From a virus (lineage: Duplodnaviria; Caudoviricetes): a DNA stretch of 35,439 nt. The stretch lies in the IMG/VR virus record IMGVR_UViG_3300027991_000003, positions 1 to 35,439 of that record; one strand, written 5' to 3'. Positions 1-8,860 of this stretch are shown in pieces. The notes below the pieces were generated by a model. The model did not search any database. It was not told the DNA's origin and saw only the letters and a program-made list of their open reading frames with translations. The first letter of the stretch is position 1. The number at the start of each line of letters is the position of its first letter. The translations under genes were made by a program, and so were the position numbers.

Positions 1-304
1 TAATCCTTTAAAATTTGCGTTTAGTAAGCCGATCCCTGGTTTACCAATAAGTGATTCAAGCTGATCTAAAGCTTTTGCTGCACCCTCAGTATTCGCAGCA
101 CCCTTTCCTAGCTTACCTTTAATAATCTCTTTCTGAATTCCAACATCTAGATTTGCTAAGGATGGCTCTAAACCTTGTTTTTGCAATGCCTCTTCAGTTT
201 GCTTTTGCTTCATCTGTGAAACTTTGCCTTGAAGCAAGGAAACAGCCTGTTGTTGATTTTGTGGCGATACACTCCTCAAAATGGCGTGCATAGCATTATT
301 TACA
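1..304. repeat. Terminal direct repeat, left copy (imperfect match to 35136-35439)
   Basis: Base-by-base comparison gives 304 bp with 12 mismatches at 34, 67, 139, 142, 148, 154, 157, 159, 160, 163, 166 and 288. Confidence 0.97.
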
Positions 305-438
305 GCATTAGGATCTTGAGATTGCGATGCTTCCCCTAAAATCTTATCAATAGCGGATACATCAGCAGCCTCTCTAAACCCTGTACTTATATTTCCGCCT
401 ATTGCGCTTCCTAATTCAAATGGTGATGGCATACTCAT
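1..438 (-). CDS. 5' part of putative ejection (DNA injection) protein; continues across the join into 35135-34785 (about 262 aa in total)
   Basis: ATG at 438 overlaps the upstream TAA (TAATG). Reads MSMPSPFELGSAIGGNISTGF...NAMHAILRSVSPQ, in frame with ORF 34785-35426. Lies between two other ejection-like genes. Confidence 0.75.
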   Translation of the reverse strand, partial: MSMPSPFELGSAIGGNISTGFREAADVSAIDKILGEASQSQDPNAVNNAMHAILRSVSPQNQQQAVSLLQGKVSQMKQKQTEEALQKQGLEPSLANLDVGIQKEIIKGKLGKGAANTEGAAKALDQLESLIGKPGIGLLNANFKGL

Positions 439-1031
439 TATTGCACCTCAAAGCCAGTAGGGCCGGATTGTGGTTTATTAGCTGTGGTATTGGGCTGTTT
501 CTGGAATGCCTTTAGGATACTGGCTATGTCCCCACCAAATTTATCACCTGACAAGTATCCTGCTGCGCCTTGTGTTGCTGCGCTTCCAATACTCTGATTT
601 TGCGTGCCTTGGTTCATACCAAGTACAGAGCTAAAAACATTCTGTTTATTCGCATTAGCCTGGTTCTGATAATTGAGGTATTGGCTATTTAGCATTTGAT
701 CTAAATCAACTCCTGCGCGTGATAAGGTGTCGTCTAATCCTGTTCCTCGCTGCTGACCTGAAGCGATATAGGATTGTTGTATCTGTGGAGCAATCTCATT
801 TTTGAAGATTGCTTTTGCAGGATCGATATAGGATTTCTTAAAGGCTTCTTCTGAAGTATTGAACATGTCGCTATATGGCCCATTGCCTTTAACGGATGCT
901 AAAAGATCATCGATTAGCTCACGCTTTCGCTTATCGGTTTTTGTTTCCTTAGATCTGCCAAAAATACCACCTGCTGCCGAGCCGCCAGCAGATATTCCCG
1001 CGCCTAAAAGTGCTAGTGTTAATGGATCCAT
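438..1031 (-). CDS. Putative ejection/pilot protein (P22 gp7-like position)
   Basis: Gly/Ala-rich hydrophobic N-terminus MDPLTLALLGAGISAGGSAAGGIFG, Q/N-rich body, GAGG RBS, directly downstream of the tail genes. Confidence 0.65.
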   Translation of the reverse strand: MDPLTLALLGAGISAGGSAAGGIFGRSKETKTDKRKRELIDDLLASVKGNGPYSDMFNTSEEAFKKSYIDPAKAIFKNEIAPQIQQSYIASGQQRGTGLDDTLSRAGVDLDQMLNSQYLNYQNQANANKQNVFSSVLGMNQGTQNQSIGSAATQGAAGYLSGDKFGGDIASILKAFQKQPNTTANKPQSGPTGFEVQ

Positions 1032-1040
1032 AATTTCCTC

Positions 1041-1307
1041 CTATGAAAGCTGCGTCCAAGTGACCGTTGAGGCGGTTGGATGCGATGTAAGCATTTCCAC
1101 TTTCAGCGTAGACGTATTAATGTTAATATCACCATTGCTCAAAAAAGTATCTGCAACAAGTCCATCTGATGCTCTTTGAATAATATCAGGCTTTTTGTTC
1201 AAGTTAACGGCTAAATCGATATACATCTTTTCAACGATTCTCAATAGCTCCTCGACGGTCATATCGGCGCGATTTCCGATGTTGAGGTATTCTAAAACTT
1301 TAGCCAC
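1041..1307 (-). CDS. Small putative virion protein
   Basis: GTG at 1307 preceded by GAGGAGG; overlaps the end of the nozzle gene; lies within the structural operon. Confidence 0.6.
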   Translation of the reverse strand: MAKVLEYLNIGNRADMTVEELLRIVEKMYIDLAVNLNKKPDIIQRASDGLVADTFLSNGDININTSTLKVEMLTSHPTASTVTWTQLS

Positions 1308-3168
1308 TAGTATAACCTCCTCTTGAGCAATGGATTCTAACACTAGAAATCACGACTTGCGATCCTATGTTCTGTCCTTTCATCTCAATGGTTATGAAAT
1401 TAGCCTCTTGGTTCACAATACATGTGATCCATTGCCTAGCTTTCCTATCAACATCAGGTTGGAGTAAAACATTGGCCTTAAAGGGTGTAGTTTCTTCATC
1501 GGCGTAGAGATTGACAAGCAAACTTCCAGCATTTGCATTAAGCAAAAATTCTATATGCGAGACATTGACTTTCAAACCTTCAGAGCGGAATGGGTTGAAT
1601 GGTATCGTCTCTGCTTCAAAGAATATAATCTTACGAACTGATCCAGCGGAAGCATATGCAGTAAATAGTGTTGAATCAACATTTACAGTGATAGATGTAA
1701 GGCTTGCTGCCGTCACTGTCGCAATAAGGCCATTTATTTCCGTCATGCCATTGACATCTTGGAATGTAACGACATCACCCACTCTAAAAGCAGATTCTCC
1801 TATAGTCAGGACGGCAGATGAAGCTTGAGTAATGGCCGAAATAGCAACGAAATAATCGTCATAGTCAGCATCTAATTCATAAATAAATCCATCATTATCG
1901 CCAGCAAGAGTTTTTTGAACCGCTTTACCTATGCCTATTTGATTCCAAATTTCCTCAGTGGTGTCCATCTCTAACCAGGATGGCTGATTCCCTTCATAGA
2001 TATCATCCCACGCAAGATTTATGCCTATGTCAGTTTGCCCAAATACGCTAAAGCGCATATCATTGAATGACCAAGTATGAAACTCATAGTTGAACGTTAA
2101 AACTTTATCCTGCGTTAGTTCGCTATCACTTGCTTCCTCGCTCCTATAGGCAAAAAGGAATTGAGCGTTATTCCTGTCAAATCCACCGTAAGTGTAATTG
2201 AAATTCACCTGATCCATTTCATCTTTTGTGAAGAAAGGAATTTTGTTATCTCTACGGAGGGATTCCCTGCCATCTGTGATTAGAATACCCGTTTTGCCAA
2301 CGGACATCGTTTGATTATTCCATGAAACAGCAGAAAAGTTTGCATCTGTGCCTAAAACAGAGGGGATCTTTCTAATGAAGTAAGGATTAAACGCATCTCT
2401 AGTCTTTTCAAGGGTGTATGATGAGCGGTTGAATTCTAAGGCCATATAATCGCCTGCGATTACTGCGCCTGTCATGTAGTTGAAAGTGTCTGCTGAAAGG
2501 CTTCCAGAGCCAGGAACGTTGAATTTATCGCCATTCCCTGAGCTGTCACGGATGCCTGAGTAAAGAACCATCTGATTATTAGGCTGACCAGCGATGAAAG
2601 GACAAAAAAAGTTAAGTCGCTCACCAAACCAAGCCACATATTGAGCTTTAGATAAAACACCCGCTGCTGGTTGTTGGTAATCTGGATTATCGGCAAGATT
2701 AGTAAATACTTTGACATTGGTTCCGTCATAGAAATAAATGTCCGTCATTCCTGTGCTGGTAAAGATAAATCGCTGAGTGTTTGTTTTAGTCGGATAACTT
2801 GTGCCAGATACATAAAAATCATTCGCTGTGATCCCAAAACCTCCCGCTGGTGCTGCTCCTGCCATAGGGATTTGATCGAAATGATTAGTCACATCATTGT
2901 ATTTAAAGAGGAAGTTTTTGCTTATGGCGATCAGATCTTTTGTGTCATCTGGCTTTATGTGCTCAAAGATTCCCATGACGCGTGTACCTACGCCAGGTGA
3001 ATCTTCTAATCTGCTATTTGAAAATTGAACGAAACCTTTACGAGATTTTAGTTCTTGGCGGTAGATAAATCCGTTCTGGATATTTTGAAATGAGTCGCTA
3101 GGCTGTAAAAAATTTACACCCGCTCTTGAAACTCCCTCTACCCATCCTGCTATCTCGTAAATTTCCAT
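1300..3168 (-). CDS. Tail nozzle / DNA stabilisation protein (tubular protein B-like) with an inserted E1 FCCH-like domain
   Basis: About 620 aa, beta-rich, in the podovirus gp10/gp12 position. ATG 3168 is coupled to the upstream TAA. Segment ISAITQASSAVLT...GDVVTFQDVNGMTEING...DSTLFTAYASAG resembles the FCCH domain. Confidence 0.7.
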   Translation of the reverse strand: MEIYEIAGWVEGVSRAGVNFLQPSDSFQNIQNGFIYRQELKSRKGFVQFSNSRLEDSPGVGTRVMGIFEHIKPDDTKDLIAISKNFLFKYNDVTNHFDQIPMAGAAPAGGFGITANDFYVSGTSYPTKTNTQRFIFTSTGMTDIYFYDGTNVKVFTNLADNPDYQQPAAGVLSKAQYVAWFGERLNFFCPFIAGQPNNQMVLYSGIRDSSGNGDKFNVPGSGSLSADTFNYMTGAVIAGDYMALEFNRSSYTLEKTRDAFNPYFIRKIPSVLGTDANFSAVSWNNQTMSVGKTGILITDGRESLRRDNKIPFFTKDEMDQVNFNYTYGGFDRNNAQFLFAYRSEEASDSELTQDKVLTFNYEFHTWSFNDMRFSVFGQTDIGINLAWDDIYEGNQPSWLEMDTTEEIWNQIGIGKAVQKTLAGDNDGFIYELDADYDDYFVAISAITQASSAVLTIGESAFRVGDVVTFQDVNGMTEINGLIATVTAASLTSITVNVDSTLFTAYASAGSVRKIIFFEAETIPFNPFRSEGLKVNVSHIEFLLNANAGSLLVNLYADEETTPFKANVLLQPDVDRKARQWITCIVNQEANFITIEMKGQNIGSQVVISSVRIHCSRGGYTSG

Positions 3169-3770
3169 TATACACCCCAATAAATGAGGCGATAGAAATA
3201 GGTTCCGCTTGATGCGTCTTGTGTTCTTGCTCGGATATTTAATCCGGAAGCTGAACCGCCGTTTCCAAATTTTAAATTTGTTCCTGCTGTTGAACTAGAG
3301 GAAAATTGCGTCGTACAAGCATAGGCTTGGCAGGTAGTTGTTCCCGCTTGAAAAAATGCCATAGCGACATTGTCACTATTGTCATTCTTAAACATCCAAA
3401 TTTGACCATAGGAATTAGCTTCAACGGCTACAACATTCACATAGGAGCTTGTCAAATTTTTATCTCCCGATTTAAAGCATGGGATGAACTGATAGATGCC
3501 ATTAACATTGCGGTAAAATCCTTGCACCTGAGAATTGCTAGCGGACACTTCTTTGTAATACATCCCTCCATCCATGCCAGCAGATAGCACAAGATCAGAC
3601 GCTAATTTAGGGCATTGGACTTGTTTATGATGCCCATCTTCATCCACACCTATATTCCAGAAATGATCCGCATTAAGCGTTGTTTCTGTATACGTCGTGT
3701 TCTGCTGCATCGTAGGAGTATTCGCTTTAACGGACTTTGTGCCATCGGGCGACGTTGAATTCCAAGGCAT
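3168..3770 (-). CDS. Putative tail-associated structural protein
   Basis: AGGAG RBS; beta-rich C-terminus ending YRLIYWGV; coupled to the nozzle gene. Confidence 0.6.
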   Translation of the reverse strand: MPWNSTSPDGTKSVKANTPTMQQNTTYTETTLNADHFWNIGVDEDGHHKQVQCPKLASDLVLSAGMDGGMYYKEVSASNSQVQGFYRNVNGIYQFIPCFKSGDKNLTSSYVNVVAVEANSYGQIWMFKNDNSDNVAMAFFQAGTTTCQAYACTTQFSSSSTAGTNLKFGNGGSASGLNIRARTQDASSGTYFYRLIYWGV

Positions 3771-3779
3771 ATTTACTCC

Positions 3780-4010
3780 TTAAAAGCCGCTGCCTTTTTT
3801 CTTAGATTTAACAACTCTTGGTTTTTTGGAATACCCTTCAGAAGCACGGTTCATGGCATCAGCTATGCCTTTAGGTCTAGAATCATAATCTCCGATCTCA
3901 CGGCTCATTTTTTTATCGTACTTTTCTTTGTCAGCAGCATATTTTCTCTGCTCTACTCTTGCTGCTGGCTTTTGCATCTTTTTAGAAGGAGCCATTTTTT
4001 CTTTTTTCAT
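3780..4010 (-). CDS. Small Lys-rich basic protein
   Basis: 76 aa, GAGG RBS, tightly packed in the late operon. Confidence 0.7.
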   Translation of the reverse strand: MKKEKMAPSKKMQKPAARVEQRKYAADKEKYDKKMSREIGDYDSRPKGIADAMNRASEGYSKKPRVVKSKKKGSGF

Positions 4011-4016
4011 ACGCCT

Positions 4017-4199
4017 CTATTTTTTGTGAAATGATTTTAAAGTTTCGGCCAAAACAGCTCTTTTTCTAAGAGTTGGGTTTTTAGAGTGTTCTGCCTTTTT
4101 AATCTTGCTTTCAGGGATCTTTTTCCCTTCAGGAACGTGTAATGACTTATGCAACGCGCCTTTTTTCATGTGCATTGCTTGAATGAATTTCTTAGCCAC
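4017..4199 (-). CDS. Small basic phage protein (KKGALHKSLHVPEGKKIP type)
   Basis: GTG start with AAGGTG RBS; resembles a small basic protein family I recall from uncultured tailed phages. Confidence 0.75.
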   Translation of the reverse strand: MAKKFIQAMHMKKGALHKSLHVPEGKKIPESKIKKAEHSKNPTLRKRAVLAETLKSFHKK

Positions 4200-4329
4200 G
4201 TTTCACCTTTATTTTTTTAATGTCTTTTTTGATTTCAACATCATCTTTGATCTGAGATTTAAATTCTTTATCGTCTTTTGAGAGATGTTTCATCAACTTT
4301 TTCTTAAACTTTGCAATAACATTCTTCAT
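4192..4329 (-). CDS. Small Lys/Asp-rich protein, 45 aa (not in ORF track)
   Basis: Own translation MKNVIAKFKKKLMKHLSKDDKEFKSQIKDDVEIKKDIKKIKVKRG; fills the gap between neighbouring genes. Confidence 0.65.
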   Translation of the reverse strand: MKNVIAKFKKKLMKHLSKDDKEFKSQIKDDVEIKKDIKKIKVKRG

Positions 4330-4330
4330 G

Positions 4331-5032
4331 TTAAAACCTTGGTAAACTTCTAGACATCTTCACCTGATTATGAGTGCGAGTGAGCATTAATTTCTTCTCA
4401 TGCTGAAAATTATTTATGAGTCCACGAAGAATGTCAGAATCAAAATTAAAATCTCTAGCATAGTTAGCCGCTGCTCCATAAGCCACATACCTAAGCCAGT
4501 ACGCAAAGGGAAGATCGGGATCCCCATCTTCACTAAATGGCTGCACTTCCTTATAACCAAAAATCGTTACGGTATATGAAGTGTTAGGAATCGTTCTAAA
4601 TGTCATCTGATTCCCGTAATAGAGCATCATCGTTGGATAACCCTTAATCAATACCGTCTCATTATTGATCCCCCACATCATAAAAAAAGATCCTGGATCT
4701 TGGTAGATTAGAAGCTGATTCCAGGATATAGATCCAGCAGGGGGATCGGTCAATTGAATGAATGCTTCTTGGGAGATGTTTGTAAAATTATCCGCTGCGC
4801 CTACATCATTAAATGTATAAACGCCATCGGCATGCGTTTCATCTATAGTGAATTTAAGTGAACCAAACTGTTCAAATAGCTTTACATCATCCGACATGGT
4901 TAGCTGAATGAAATCCTGAATGTATTGAAATAATATCGTATCGCTTGAATCAGGATCATTCTCATTAGGTCTTGAGAGTGCCCGACGCATGATCGCCATA
5001 CAGTCAGAGAGCTTTCTTACAGTGGCTACCAT
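4331..5032 (-). CDS. Head-tail adaptor (tail tubular protein A-like)
   Basis: 233 aa; helical N-terminus, GYPT...FRTIPNTSYTVTIFG core and YVAYGAA helix typical of podovirus adaptors; position fits. Confidence 0.65.
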   Translation of the reverse strand: MVATVRKLSDCMAIMRRALSRPNENDPDSSDTILFQYIQDFIQLTMSDDVKLFEQFGSLKFTIDETHADGVYTFNDVGAADNFTNISQEAFIQLTDPPAGSISWNQLLIYQDPGSFFMMWGINNETVLIKGYPTMMLYYGNQMTFRTIPNTSYTVTIFGYKEVQPFSEDGDPDLPFAYWLRYVAYGAAANYARDFNFDSDILRGLINNFQHEKKLMLTRTHNQVKMSRSLPRF

Positions 5033-5035
5033 ACA

Positions 5036-5491
5036 TTAATCCTTATAGATGGTTCTTAAATTAAACCTAGGGTCTTTGTGCGCAATCCTTGTCTCTTTAG
5101 AGCCATCAGGATTATTAAACCATTTCCAAACTGGAACACCCTTTTCAGCGATGTGATTTATAACACACCGAGGAAGGTCATAGGTTTGTCCTGGAATGAG
5201 CGTCATTTTAAAGTCGATCATATCATTGCTAAGATAGACTTTAAGAGGATTTGATGGCTGGTCATTGCGCCCAAATTGAATCCTATCGGTTGGATGCAAC
5301 TCCACAGGACAAGGCTTGATCGGATAACGATTAAGTCTTAGCTTTTTATTCATCTTTCGCGCTGCTTCGTTATAGCGCATGTAATCCCCTAATGAATTTA
5401 GAGGCATCTCATCGATAGCAATGGGAGCCTGTGGCGTAACCATTGACTGAACTAATTCTTTTGCTTGAACATCTTCTTTGATTCTTGCCAT
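5036..5491 (-). CDS. Hypothetical protein in head/tail operon
   Basis: 151 aa ORF with GGAG RBS, tightly packed. Confidence 0.7.
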   Translation of the reverse strand: MARIKEDVQAKELVQSMVTPQAPIAIDEMPLNSLGDYMRYNEAARKMNKKLRLNRYPIKPCPVELHPTDRIQFGRNDQPSNPLKVYLSNDMIDFKMTLIPGQTYDLPRCVINHIAEKGVPVWKWFNNPDGSKETRIAHKDPRFNLRTIYKD

Positions 5492-5492
5492 A

Positions 5493-5816
5493 TCATGTAT
5501 CTCCGTTATAAAAAAAGTCTGTGGCTATCCTGTTGCAATACCCACCTTCCACATAGGGGGGATAAGGTCTTGAGTCGATAGGTTCGTATGTGATCGGATC
5601 TTGAAGAGTAAAAGTATCAAGTCCTGTCACGATAATTCTATATTTGTTGTCATTGAGTTGCGGAACACCTCTAGGAACTGGAATCATCCCATTGAGATTA
5701 GTTAGACGCACAAAATCAAGTGTTGAATATCCATGCTCTGCCGTTGTTTGAACTTCACAGGGAAGCGCATTTGTAATATTCAAAATATCTGATCTATGCG
5801 GCGTTTGTCCCGTCAT
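5493..5816 (-). CDS. Stand-alone E1 FCCH-like domain protein
   Basis: ILNITNALPCEVQTTAEHGYSTLDFVRLTNLNGM...QLN...FTL...DSRPYPPYVEGG follows the FCCH pattern. Confidence 0.65.
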   Translation of the reverse strand: MTGQTPHRSDILNITNALPCEVQTTAEHGYSTLDFVRLTNLNGMIPVPRGVPQLNDNKYRIIVTGLDTFTLQDPITYEPIDSRPYPPYVEGGYCNRIATDFFYNGDT

Positions 5817-5823
5817 TTTGCCT

Positions 5824-5852
5824 CAAAAATAGGGTCGATTGCTCGACCCCAT
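5824..5852 (-). terminator. Probable intrinsic terminator after the capsid/decoration genes
   Basis: 7-bp stem GGGTCGA (5832-5838) / TCGACCC (5843-5849) with a 4-nt loop, followed by TATTTTTG on the minus strand. Confidence 0.65.
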
Positions 5853-5857
5853 AAAAA

Positions 5858-6631
5858 TTAAACTAGCAAATCACCAAGGTCATAAACTTGGCCATATTTG
5901 ATAACTTCTATCAGGAAAACATCACTGTCCGCTCCCATAACCGCCGTACCAGCTGTTAGCCTGTATTCAACAGGATCATACTGGAAAGGATTTGGGATGT
6001 AAGGAACAGTCGCGTAAGGAAACACCTGTGGGTTGTTCAAAGAAATAACCCGTGTTTCGATATCGCATCGTCCACCAGATACCCATGCTGGGAAGCTAGT
6101 AGAGTCGATAGGATCTCCACTAATCACATCGTAAAGCGAGAATGTCGTTGATGAAAGAACGATAATTCCGAAACGATTGTTATTAAGAGGATCCATACCT
6201 CGTGATGCAAGAGTCGGCCCAACATTACCTAAATCAGTAATGCGCACCAATTGGTTGGTTTGAAAGCCATGAGGAGCAGTTGTGGTAACAACGCAAGGAT
6301 TAGCTTGTGTTACACCAGAAATCAACGCCCTAAATGCTGGCACTCCACCATCGGTATCTGCGACTGTAAAGCCGTTAGTTGTGGTATCCAAGAAGTTAAA
6401 CGATTGCGCTGCTGCGGAATCGATTACTTGCTCTTGGAACGCATGGGCTGCGGTTGTTTGCCCACGGAACCAAACTGAAATAGGAAGTTTTCCAGCGGTT
6501 GCAGTCCATTGGGTAAGGTTATAAAACGTCACCTTGTCAGGCTGAAAATGAAACTGAAAAGTGTGAGCGGTACCTGCCGAAATGAACTTGTAGGCTTCTG
6601 TGCAGGTTTGACCTAAAAATAGATCTGACAT
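5858..6631 (-). CDS. Putative capsid decoration/minor head protein with FCCH-like insertion
   Basis: ATG 6631 with AAGGAG RBS directly after the capsid stop; contains ISGVTQANPCVVTTTAPHGFQTNQLVRIT...DSTSFPAWVSGG. Confidence 0.6.
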   Translation of the reverse strand: MSDLFLGQTCTEAYKFISAGTAHTFQFHFQPDKVTFYNLTQWTATAGKLPISVWFRGQTTAAHAFQEQVIDSAAAQSFNFLDTTTNGFTVADTDGGVPAFRALISGVTQANPCVVTTTAPHGFQTNQLVRITDLGNVGPTLASRGMDPLNNNRFGIIVLSSTTFSLYDVISGDPIDSTSFPAWVSGGRCDIETRVISLNNPQVFPYATVPYIPNPFQYDPVEYRLTAGTAVMGADSDVFLIEVIKYGQVYDLGDLLV

Positions 6632-6642
6632 AAATAGTCTCC

Positions 6643-7575
6643 TTAGGCTTTGGTTGATAAAAGTTGAACAATCCAACCATCATCGAGGATTGCAGCGTTA
6701 AACCACGCTGTAAAACCCATAGATTGAAAACGGTTCAAATAATCGTTGAAACCAAGAGGCTTCAGGATCATTTCAGTAGACACTTGGTCTAATCCAACAT
6801 ATCCATAGGCATTTCCTGCTATGAATGTGTTTGAATAGACTGGTGGATTATCATCAGATACGAATACGAGGGTTGAAGTAACCCAGCGCGATTCGTCGAT
6901 TGCTCCGAACTCAGCTTGCAATACTGGCTCTTGTGAACCGTATTGAGAAATTGGCACGAAACCATCAAGAGATCTGATATCAGGTTTTAATTTTACATGC
7001 GCCGTCACCCAATAACTCGGTTCAATTGGGCCGGTGCCAAATTTCATTGTGCCTTCGACCGTAGGTGTCATTTTCTCGCCTTCATTTTCATCAAGGTAAG
7101 AAATAGCACGCTGAACATCGGTCATCGTCAATTCCGTGATCGCGTTACCATTTGTACCATTTAGGCATGAGATCTGCGGTACAGCCGACTGCCAAACGTC
7201 GCGTGTAACTTTGTCGAGCATCGTGTGCATCGTCTGAGAAAGGTTGTCGGCTGTCTCTGACGCTGTATCATCTTCTACTACAAGGATGACTTTGCGGGAG
7301 AGAAGCACAACTTTACCAAACTCTTGGATGGTCACGTTGATATCGAATTTGTTGACTTGCTCAGGTGCGGGATCTGCATCTTCAGAAAGCACAACAGGAT
7401 CGGAGTTTAGGTTTTCCTGTCTACGGAAAGCCATGGTGGAAGTATTCTTTTGGGGAAGCGTAAACGCCTTTCCGAAAAGATTGTGAACACAGCGTGGTTT
7501 AGGACGCTGTAATAAAGCTCTATGTGCCCATCGATCGGACATCGAGCCATAATTACTGGTTGTAGTGACTGACAT
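6643..7575 (-). CDS. Major capsid protein, N4-gp56-like
   Basis: 310 aa after the scaffold; motifs LPQKNTSTMAFRR, IQEFGKVVLLS, FVPISQYGS...EFG, DYLNRFQSMGF. Confidence 0.8.
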   Translation of the reverse strand: MSVTTTSNYGSMSDRWAHRALLQRPKPRCVHNLFGKAFTLPQKNTSTMAFRRQENLNSDPVVLSEDADPAPEQVNKFDINVTIQEFGKVVLLSRKVILVVEDDTASETADNLSQTMHTMLDKVTRDVWQSAVPQISCLNGTNGNAITELTMTDVQRAISYLDENEGEKMTPTVEGTMKFGTGPIEPSYWVTAHVKLKPDIRSLDGFVPISQYGSQEPVLQAEFGAIDESRWVTSTLVFVSDDNPPVYSNTFIAGNAYGYVGLDQVSTEMILKPLGFNDYLNRFQSMGFTAWFNAAILDDGWIVQLLSTKA

Positions 7576-7588
7576 TTACGTCTCCATT

Positions 7589-8185
7589 TTAACGGTTACG
7601 CTTTTGTGCCGCTCTCCACGCCGAATACTCCTGGTCATTCATGGTCATAACATCAACAGCTTGGCTCATTGCTGCGCCTTTAGGGATGCTAGCTGGCGAA
7701 CCAGGGGCTTCCTTTCTAGGTGGAGCAGATCTGAGTTTCTGCTGTTCTTTTGGTGATAATTTATCCATCAATTCCCAAGCTTCCTCATAACGATTGTTAG
7801 CGGCTGCAATAGCAGATGAAAGGTTCGGTCTTCTCTTTAAAAATTCTGGCAACAGCTCATTGACTTTTTCATAACGCTCTGGATTCTCTCGAATCCATCT
7901 GCGCTCTTCTGAATCTCTAAGCGTTTCCTCTTTAAACTTAGCTAAATCCTCTCTCGTCACAGATTCATATCTAGATTCATCATTTTCAGGAGGTGGAACA
8001 GGAGCTTTTGCTTGCTGTTCTTTCATCCATTTGATTTCTAGCTCTAATTCCTGACGCTTTTTTCTCTCTTTTTGAAGAGCAGATAGAGGAACTCTAGAGT
8101 TATCTTCTACCTGCTCTTCTACTGGCTCTTGAGTTTCTTCAACTTCAGGAGCTTCTACTTGAGGGTTTACGGTTTCCTCTTCCAT
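7589..8185 (-). CDS. Capsid scaffolding protein
   Basis: Acidic N-terminus, VPLSALQKERKKRQ coiled coil, C-terminal MNDQEYSAWR helix; directly upstream of the capsid gene. Confidence 0.8.
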   Translation of the reverse strand: MEEETVNPQVEAPEVEETQEPVEEQVEDNSRVPLSALQKERKKRQELELEIKWMKEQQAKAPVPPPENDESRYESVTREDLAKFKEETLRDSEERRWIRENPERYEKVNELLPEFLKRRPNLSSAIAAANNRYEEAWELMDKLSPKEQQKLRSAPPRKEAPGSPASIPKGAAMSQAVDVMTMNDQEYSAWRAAQKRNR

Positions 8186-8237
8186 TAACTATCTCCCGTT
8201 TTGTGTTGTGGCGACTGGTCGCCCGTGATTTTGCCCT

Positions 8238-8645
8238 TCACGAAGGTCTATAGCTTGTAGCCATCGCGCCCTTTGCTTGCAGGTAGGCGACACCTGATGT
8301 GTTAAATACTGGCTTTGGTTTTTCATGCAAAGCTTTAGGAGGAACCATCCATAAAATCTCACAGATCCCTTTGGCATTATTTACCCAAAAGACCATCTGA
8401 TTCGATGTAAACGGAGGCAGTTCCAACGTTACCTGCGGAGGTGTAATATGGAACTCATCCGTTCCTTTTTGATCAAATTTCATATGAAGAACCAGGTAAT
8501 AGGTATGTTTTAGGTGAGAGTTAGCATTAACAGCACTATCTACTAAATCATCTATTACTTTTTTCAAAGCTTGCTTTTGGTCAACGAATTGACGTGGAAG
8601 CATTAACCCTGAAACTGGATCTTTCATCAAATCTTTATCAAACAT
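8238..8645 (-). CDS. Hypothetical protein
   Basis: 135 aa, TAATG-coupled to the upstream gene. Confidence 0.7.
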   Translation of the reverse strand: MFDKDLMKDPVSGLMLPRQFVDQKQALKKVIDDLVDSAVNANSHLKHTYYLVLHMKFDQKGTDEFHITPPQVTLELPPFTSNQMVFWVNNAKGICEILWMVPPKALHEKPKPVFNTSGVAYLQAKGAMATSYRPS

Positions 8646-8860
8646 TACATCCCCGATTTTCCTCTAAGAGATTCTCTTTGCTCATATGCTTTTTTAGCGA
8701 GTCCATTGGCTTTGTTCTGATCTGCATTCAAACCAGGGCCAGTACCAGCCCTTTCCATACGGCTAGGTTGTTTCATAGGATTGTCTTTGTAAGAGCACAT
8801 CCCTTTACCGTTATCCATGAACTTTCCGCCACCGGACATTTTACCTTTATCATATTCCAT
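8645..8860 (-). CDS. Small Gly/Met/Lys-rich protein
   Basis: ATG 8860 with GAGGAG RBS inside the portal 3' end. Confidence 0.65.
   Translation of the reverse strand: MEYDKGKMSGGGKFMDNGKGMCSYKDNPMKQPSRMERAGTGPGLNADQNKANGLAKKAYEQRESLRGKSGM

Noticed and set aside
1-304. Fixed T7-like direct terminal repeat of the virion DNA
   Set aside because: The copies are not identical and fall mid-gene; with a P22-like portal, circular permutation or assembly overlap is more likely.
6631-6676. Possible -1 frameshift fusing the capsid to the downstream FCCH protein
   Set aside because: The overlap frame is open, but there is no X XXY YYZ heptamer and the downstream gene has its own AAGGAG RBS and ATG.
8210-8223. 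Palindrome GGCGAC-TG-GTCGCC upstream of the scaffold gene as an autoregulatory site
   Set aside because: Too short to distinguish from chance without comparative data.
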